Source of the DNA: the human T2T-CHM13v2.0 reference genome, Homo sapiens
Direction: 5' to 3' (one strand)
NCBI RefSeq assembly: GCF_009914755.1
Contig: NC_060937.1
DNA: 64,000 nt
The notes beneath the pieces were generated by a model. The model ran no database searches, had not been told where the DNA came from, and saw only the letters and a program-made list of their open reading frames with translations. Position 1 is the stretch's first letter. The number at the start of each line of letters is the position of its first letter. Shown in pieces: positions 54,130 through 64,000 of the stretch. The translations under genes and the position numbers were made by a program.

Positions 54130-54550
54130 ATCATCGTCATTTCACATGGTGCTTACTGTAAGTCTACACACATGTTAACTGTTGAAATCTCAGAACAAGC
54201 CTGTGAGGTGAGTATTGTTAACATCCCCATTGAATGGATCAGGAATCTGAGACCCAGAGTGTCTGTGGCACAGCCACAGCAATAATGCTGAGTTGGATCC
54301 AAACCCAGGCAAGCTGGTGCCCAAGGCCACATCCCTAACCACCCTAGTGCCTCCCTACATATCATGACAGAGTACAACTCACTTTGACATCTTATTCCAC
54401 ACTTCATCCTCACAGCAGCACCATGGAGGGAAAACTGTTAACTCATCTCTATAGATAGAACAACAAGGCCTTCCCAAGTCACAGAGTTCCAGATCCCAAA
54501 CCCATGACTTCTGGTTCCAAATTCAGCGTTTTTTCTGCTCTACCTCAGCT
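54130..54550 (-). mobile_element. Two adjacent MIR fragments
   Basis: gaatctgagacccagag, ggatccaaacccaggc, acttctggttccaaattcagcg. Confidence 0.6.
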
Positions 54551-55192
54551 GCCCCTAAAAGCTAAAGAGCTCCTGCTTTAGGTAGCATGGAGGGAAAAGA
54601 AGGAATTTGCACAAGTGTTGAGGGGAAAAGAGGTGATAGTAACGAATGAAAACTCAGAAGAAAAAAAAAATCCCAGAGAGCTTAAAACAGATATTTTCCT
54701 TGCTAGTAACAATCTGGTCAAATGATAACTGACCACCTGCTGTGGGCAGAACTAAGTTCGGTTTGGTGTTTGATGTTTGCTGAAGGGCAGGTGCAAAGAT
54801 AATGCTGATTAGACCTGATTCTTGCTCTAGATGAATTTATAATCTTATTGAGGCGTAAGTTAGACCTTAAACAAAGATAAGCATTTTCCAGGGCAATGTG
54901 TGTCTCAGCCGGAGAACTCAAAAAGAGAGCAGCAGGATGTCAGCAGAGGCAGAAGTCCCAGCTGAACTGTCAGAAGAGCCTTCGGGAGGGCAGGTGCGGC
55001 CTGAGTATTCTATTAAGAGAAGCATTTTGTGCTCTTGCTCTTCTGTTTATTTATACATAATATTTATAAGGCTCCTGAAGCCTTTTCTGACAATTCAGCC
55101 TGGGACTTCTGCCTCTGCACATTTACCTTGATCCTTTCTAGACCAAGATGGGAGAAAACGAATTCAAATCCTTCCCTCCCTCCTACTTTTCA

Positions 55193-55510
<318 letters not shown>

Positions 55511-55827
55511 GAGAGATAACAACAAATTATCTAACCACAACACTGAGACGGTTACTTGAGTGGCCTGCCCCAGAGTCTGAAAGCCCTTTGAATGAGTCCA
55601 GGGGCCCACACTCCAACTGTTAAACTAAGTCATAGAGTCCCTCAAGGAAATAACCTCCCTTTTAGGACTCAGCATGCCTTGGCTGCAGTTAAAGAAACAT
55701 TAGCCCATCCATGTGATTCCTGTTTCCCAAGAAGAAACTAACCCAACATGGACAACATTTGTAAAAGTGGTTTCCTTATCATGTTACAGGAATCACCAAA
55801 AGCTCATCTGCAATCAGGAACCTTGGG

Positions 55828-56284
<457 letters not shown>

Positions 56285-56322
56285 TGAATGGGATTTGTAT
56301 ACATTGAGTTCATTAAAGGGAA

Positions 56323-56580
56323 TTATATAAGGGACCTAGAATAGGCAAATTCATAGAGACACCAAGTAGAATAGGGGTTGCCAGGGATGGGAGCAGGGGA
56401 ATATTGGGAGTTAGTGCTCATTGAGTATGGAGGTTCAGTTTGGGATGATGGGAAAGTTCTGGAGATGAATGTTGGTGATGGTTGTATAACAATGTGAATA
56501 TACTTAATGCCACAGAACAGTATGCCTAAAACTGGTTAAAATCGTAAATTTTACATTGTGTATATTCACACAATTTCTTT
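56323..56580 (+). mobile_element. L1MB 3' end fragment
   Basis: ctagaataggcaaattcatagagac...aaagttctggagatg...atacttaatgccac. Confidence 0.85.
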
Positions 56581-56924
56581 TAAAGAGTGGAATGAAGAGA
56601 ATTTGTTTCTAAACCAGTTACTAAAATCATCTCCTAAGGGCCATAACAAGACACCTTTTTATGACAGACAAATTTTTAGTAAACTTTTAGAAAATTCCCA
56701 TAAAGAAGGGAAGGAAGAAATGATGGCTTTGTGCATAACATGAAAAAAAGTCAAACTGTTTGCTAGGAGCCATAGTATGAGTAATTCAGGTGAATCATGG
56801 CTGTTTCCTGGATTACTTAGGGAAAAACTCAGTTCCCAGAATGGTCACTCAGCAGTCTAACAGAAGTGCCTTGAGGCTTCCAGCCAATTGCTATGAGTTT
56901 AAGAAACCCAAGTCTTCAAAAGTA

Positions 56925-57350
56925 TTAGGTTGGTGCCAACGTAATCACGGTTTTTGCCATTACTTTTTTTTTTTTTTTTTTTTTTTTTTGAGACAGAGTT
57001 TCACTCTTGTTACCCGGACTGGAGTACAATGGCCTGATGTCACTCACTCTCACTCACTGCAGTCTCCGTCTCCCAAATTCAAGCCATTCTCCTGCCTCAG
57101 CCTCCCGAGTAGCTGAGATTACAGGTGCTCGCCTCCACACCCCGCTAACCTTTTGTATTTTTAGTAGAGATGGGATTTTGCCATTTTGGCCAGGCTCGTC
57201 TCAAACTCCTGGCCTCAGATGATCCACCCGCCTCGGCCTCCCAAAGTACTGGGATTATAGGCGTGAACCACCATGCTCAGCCTTTGCCATTACTTTTAGT
57301 GGCAAAAATCACTAATGGCAAAAACTGCGATTACTTTTGCACCAACCAAA
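56925..57350. mobile_element. MADE1 (Hsmar1 MITE) split by an Alu
   Basis: TA|TTAGGTTGGTGC...GGTTTTTGCCATTAC and TGGCAAAAACTGCGATTACTTTTGCACCAACC..|TA. Confidence 0.92.
56964..57282 (-). mobile_element. AluS (Sx/Sq-like)
   Basis: Full dimer, long T tract; 15-bp TSD TTTGCCATTACTTTT. Confidence 0.94.
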
Positions 57351-57357
57351 TACATTT

Positions 57358-57587
57358 CGGTACCTAGAACAGGCAACTTCATAGAGACAGAAGTAGAATA
57401 GAGGTTACCAAGGGATAGGGGGATATTGTTTACTGGGTACAGAGTTTCCCTTTGGGATAATGAGAAAGTTCTGGAAATAGTGGTGATGGTCGCATAGCAC
57501 TGTGAATGTACTTAATGCCACTGAATTGTATACTTTAAAATGGTTACATTTTATGTGATGTATATTTTACCATAGCTTTTTAAAAAA
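57358..57587 (+). mobile_element. L1MB 3' end fragment
   Basis: ggtacctagaacaggcaacttcatagagacagaagtagaatagaggttacc...tacttaatgccactgaattgta. Confidence 0.85.
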
Positions 57588-57688
57588 GGTAGACCACTTC
57601 AGCTATTTGCAACAATAAAATAAAGATCCCTTCTGGAAAAAAGAAAAAGTGAATCCTAAGGAAAAAGACCAATAAAGAATTGGCAGAT

Positions 57689-58042
<354 letters not shown>

Positions 58043-58971
58043 TCACAAAACAGGTTATTATGGACATGAGGCAGCATTTAGTCAGTCAACTCTGCAGACA
58101 TGTGTCCCAGGCAAAGCGACTGGCCCTTGTCAGCCAGAAGTTTTCCAAGTGGCCCAGTCTCTCTCTCGTTGGCCTCCTGTCCCCTTCCTCTTCCTCCTCC
58201 TGAACTCTTTAGAGTCCTAACTGATCATTTTCTGCCTTTTATATTGGCAACCACCCACGTTGAATAAACAAAATACACAGGATGGAGGGGGATGGTGAGG
58301 AGGAGACACATTTCAGAGTTAAGAAAACAAATAGCCAGCGAAGCACAGAAGACCACAACTTGATTTAGACAGGTTTAGCTATGGAAATAAGTGTCAGACG
58401 AGTTGATTGTTTCCAGACCTCAACAGGCCAGAGATGGAGAGAGCAAACCGTACCATTTATCACAGCAAGTTCACATGGGGTGGAGTCGAGGTTAAGGAAA
58501 TGGATGGGAAGAAACGAGAAGGGGAGTTAAGGTCCCTTTTTATTAAGTTGTCACTGAGAAAGCCAAGTGTGTAATAAAGCTCTGCTGGGTACTGATTAGA
58601 CTCTGTGGGTTTGGGCAGGGAAGGAAAAAGGAAAACCCAGAGTGCCCAGAGAACAGGAGGAACTGTGAAAGGATGACGTAATACCAATCATGACGATTCT
58701 TGATGGAGCAGAGCGGAAAGGGTTGACCCAAACCAAACCCAGAGGCCCACAGAGCCACACAGCCACTCACGGAGATGTTCCCATGGGCTGCCCAGATGGT
58801 AGCATCTCTGGAGGGATGAAGAAGCAAGAGGAAATGTGGACCTTGGGGAAGGTAAACAGGCTCTTGCTCTTTGGCCCTCTTGGCCATCAAAAGGTGAAGA
58901 AAGACCCAGATGGACCTTGTCTTTCCATGAGCTCTTCACAGTGGCACGAGCACAAAGACAACCAGAGACTT

Positions 58972-58998
58972 AAAAAAAAAAAAAAAAAAAAAAAAAAA
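58972..58998 (+). repeat. A27 mononucleotide run
   Basis: Direct read. Confidence 0.97.
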
Positions 58999-59758
58999 CC
59001 AGCTGTGGCTGGCCGTATGTAGAAGGAATTGATGAAGGCTTTGTTTTCCATGTCAGATTATTATAACAGAGCTGCAGAATGAGCTACATGCATTGTAAGT
59101 CAAGTCTTCCCTTTTGAGAGCTATCCATATAAACATCAAGCTCTTTCTTATTGCATGGGGTCAAAATGCTAGATGTGCGTTCAGGCAACACCATTCTTAA
59201 TCTAGGACAACTTTGCCAATCAAAAGGCCACATGCCTAAGCGTCCTGGCCTTTGAAAGTTCTGTTAAACACTGTGAAAAGTGCAGTAGGGACCATGGCCA
59301 GAGAAAGAGAGGGCAGACCAAGCAAATACAAACCAAGTGAACACACTCATGGAGTACCAATTAGGACAAAGGAATAAAGCCCAAAAGGAGCCCCAAATTG
59401 CTAAAGCAAAACAAAGTTTAAAGGGAATCAAAAATGGGAGCTTCCTGGAGCACCAGGTTTGCAAGGAAAATTGTGAACATTTGTTATTAAACCAGTAACA
59501 CTAACATCATTAACCACCATCAAGCTGAAGGAAACACATTTTTGCTACTTCAGAGAAAAGGAACAAAATACCTTCAGCCGAACCAGTCAGTTTTTTTCCT
59601 TCTAGACTTTGTTCCTTTAACTGCCAAACTCTGTGTACGATTTTTACTGGAGGATTATAATTAACTGTGTTAAAATGAAGACATTTTATTTTAACTTTTT
59701 GTGTCCTACATATTATCAAAATGATCGAGAAAGCAGCAGAAAATGAGTCCCCCTTCCT

Positions 59759-59801
59759 TACATACACACACACACACACAACACACACACACGCGCTCAC
59801 A
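59759..59801 (+). repeat. Interrupted (CA)n microsatellite
   Basis: Direct read. Confidence 0.9.
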
Positions 59802-61569
59802 CTTCTCAAGTTCATTGAGTACAGTTTTTGCATATGGAAATCATCACTCTCAGTTACCAAGCAACTGCCATGATTTGTGTTTCTATCTTCTGATGGTTCC
59901 TTTGTGTCGCCTTTAATGGAGAATTGGACTGGTTAGTGTCCAAGGTCCTTGTCAACACCGAGATGCCGTGAGTCTATGAAGGAGGTGGGGTCATACACTG
60001 CCAAACAAAGAGCAGAGAGGCCAGACAACTCTCACCCTCACCCAATGCTAACACTGGTACGGCCCTCAGGCAATCGTGGTGCCAATACGGCAGTGACAGG
60101 AAGGGACTGGGCATAGTTGAGGTTTTCTTAATTTTATTTAAAAAAAAAATGCTCTGCAAACACAACTTCAAGACATATTCCAGCCACTGTCCACCCTGCC
60201 CCACTTCTTAGCAGATTGTTGTCCCTAAGGTCCTCCTATATAGATACTCTGTAGCGGTCACCATCTGTGCTAGTTTCTCAGCTGTAAACTTGGAATAATA
60301 GTAACACCGACCTCTCTCTCCCAGTAGTAGTGGTGTGGGGATTGACTAATTAAGCCCTGTGAAATGCCTTGAAAAGTAGACAATAGGATTCTCTCCCTGT
60401 CAGAAAGAATTCACACTATTCCCCCAACGCCTGACCCGAGGGTGGCGGCTGTAGCTCATGTCACCCTTTGCTGATATTTTGTCACACTTGGACAAAGGGC
60501 TCTGGAGTCAAAGGGCAGCTTAAACCACACACCCAATATCATGCTTAGAGGAATTCCTGGGAACTGGTTTGGTGTTGACAATTGCCCACTGCTCTGAATC
60601 ACTTCCTTTCTTCCTGCAGATTGACTCTTTTCCTGATTTTTGCTCCCAGACAAACTGGGTGTGCATGTCTGTTGCGGGAGAGGGACCATGGCTCTGGCCC
60701 CAGGCTTGTATTTCCAGATGACATGAGGCCTGCAATGCTTCTTTCTAATGTGCACCAGGTAGAGATACCTTCAGAGCTTCCTCTTCCTGCCCCTCACCTA
60801 TTTCCTAATCTTGGCTCAGGTTTCATTGTGATATTGATCAACCTTAAGGAAATCCTTGACTAGTAAGCAGTTCCACCAAGATGAAGCTGGAGAAACCAGA
60901 GTGGCTCAGTGCTCACCACCTACATAATTACCCAGGAATGTTGTGTGATTAATAAGTTGCTGTGGTCTTGGTGCAAACAGGTCCCTGAAAACATCTGGGC
61001 TTTCCGCAGATGGTTTACTAATCCACATACATCACTGACAATAAGCTCTTTACAAAACCCTCTTAAAGTATATTGGATGTGACAGGTTTCCAGAATTTTT
61101 AGAAGCAGAGATCCTAGGTTTAACGTGCTGATGTTCAGAAAGGCTGGTGGCACTCCGAGCATCTGCATAGCTTCTTCTGAGTAACCTGGTGATGAAGTTA
61201 TTGCAAAGGTGTGGACTTTTCTTTAAATTTGATGTGACAGAGATCAAAAAAAAACTATGATGAGGAATAAGTTAATGGAGTATATTAAACATGTATGTTC
61301 GTGTATTTAAAATGGTAATCTAACTTTTCATTTCGATCAAAGGAAAATAACATAGTCATTTAAATGAGGGCTTAAATTATCTATTTTAGATGGCTATGTC
61401 ACAGCTTGGAGTATGAACCTGCTTTGTGTATCTAACACAAGTTGCCATGTTCTCTAAATGAATGAAATGCAAATTATATAAACCACTGAATAGCTATTTA
61501 GTGTAATCAATACCTGAATCCCCCTAATCCTTTCAGTCTTTACGTCATGATGCTAACCTCTGGGGATAC

Positions 61570-61765
61570 CATGATGAACACACATGGTCTAGGAAGAAGC
61601 TACCAGTGCAATGCCTATCTGTCCATTTTCTCCTCTGGTTCCTATTGTGACTCACAGACTGTGGAAAGAAGTGACCTTGATTAAGGATATGGCAAATGAA
61701 TTGACTACTTAGTACACAAATTCATGACCTTGGCCTCATAAACGTAGCACTCAATCAAACTAGTA
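61570..61765 (-). mobile_element. MamSINE1-like ancient tRNA-derived SINE
   Basis: Minus strand ATGAGGCCAAGGTCATGAATT (tRNA head) and GTCACAATAGGAACCAGAGGAGAAAATGGACAGA. Confidence 0.55.
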
Positions 61766-61849
61766 AAGTCTATAAACAGAAAGAAGTAATGCTACTTACC
61801 CAGAATTGCTTGTCCAATGTCACATAACTATAAAAAAAAACTAGCCTGA

Positions 61850-62850
<1,001 letters not shown>

Positions 62851-63224
62851 ATTAACAAGATAAAAATGACCTGAAAACCTTTGTCCCCATGTCCTGTCTG
62901 CCACTTCAGTGGCTCCTGGTGCTCATCTGTGCCTACAACACCCAGTATGTTTGAGTGCCTCAAATGGACTCCAAACTACTTGAGGGCAGGGACTATGGCT
63001 CATTTGTTTGGACCTTCCTTGGGCAAGCTCTGTAACTTCTGTAAACCTGTTTTCTCAATGGTAAAATGGAAATGACCCTAATAGTGGTCGCTGATATTTA
63101 TTAAGTAACTAGCATGGGTCCAGGCTGTGTGCTTAGTGCTTTTAATATGGATTATTTTATCCAATCTCAAAACAACCCTGATTAGTTTTGCTATCATCCC
63201 CATTTTATAGATGAGAAAAGAGAC

Positions 63225-63532
63225 TTTTTATTTTTATCTTTGGAGAGAAAGTCTTGCTGTATTACCCAGGCTGGAGTGCAATGGTGCAATCATAGCTCGC
63301 TGCAGCTTGAAACTCCTAGATTCAAGTGATCCTCTCACCTCAGCCTCCCTCCCACCCCCCTCTTCCCAAGTAGCTGGGACTAGAGGCATGTACCACCATG
63401 CCTGGCTAATTTTTTGTGTACAGACAGGGTCTCATTATATTGTGCAGGCTGCTCTCGAACTCTGGCCTCAAAGATCCTCCTGCTTCAGCCTCCCAAATCA
63501 CTGGGGTTACAGGTGAGCCACCACACCTGGAC
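63225..63532 (-). mobile_element. AluJ with C-rich insertion, inside a MIR
   Basis: atcatagctcgctgcagc J diagnostic; MIR core cccattttatagatgagaaaa just upstream. Confidence 0.9.
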
Positions 63533-64000
63533 AGGAAGAAAACCTGTATCATCAAACTAACAAGTGGAAGAGTCAGGAAGATGTGTCTGTTTTCAGGATG
63601 CATGTACATTTATAAGGCTGTGGTAAGGAGTGAGAAAGTGCAGGTGAAGTGTCTGGCCCTCAGTAGGTGTTTAGGAAATGCTAGATATGATTACCGATGT
63701 TATTCCTGCCCTACCAGGAAACTCTTCCAGCTATTAAAAACATGCACCTGATTGAACAGAAACAAAGTGGCTTTATCCTGAAATAACTGATGAAATTATA
63801 GCAGACACATGGCTACAGCTTGGGCTCAAACATGTGGAAGCATCTCTCCTTTCTTCAGTTGTGAGTGAATTGCCATGGGAGGTCATTAGGGAAAGTACTG
63901 TAGCAGGGTGTGTTTTTTTTTCCTTCGGGATATGACGGTTTTACTGCTATTAATAACAGATGTGGCCAGGCAATTACAGACTTAAGATGGTTGATCACAT

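Overview
Primate (human-like) non-coding genomic DNA, either intergenic or deep intronic. I recognise no protein-coding exon, RNA gene or CRISPR array, and I cannot place the locus. Most supplied ORFs are by-products of Alu, L1, LTR or microsatellite sequence. The only real protein homologies are decayed L1 ORF2 and ERVL pol/dUTPase remnants. The window is a dense transposon record: 14 dimeric Alus plus FRAM/FLAM monomers, one 5'-inverted L1PA7-like element, old L1M/L2/MIR fragments, many solo LTRs (MER50, MER57, LTR37, LTR16, MLT1, MLT2) and DNA-transposon MITEs (MER5, MER53, MER58, MER81, MER104, MADE1, Tigger3a), often nested. The most unusual structure is an ERVL relic whose single LTR16 is flanked by internal sequence on both sides (PPT upstream, intact tRNA-Leu PBS downstream). 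Other leads are candidate splice-site-bounded non-coding exons (about 12-13 kb, 30 kb and 46.7 kb), a MADE1 hairpin split by an Alu, a miR-1302-like MER53 hairpin and a pure (GGAA)16 tract. I find no supportable evidence for a new biological system. Family and subfamily names come from recalled consensus sequences, not alignments, and boundaries of old elements are approximate.
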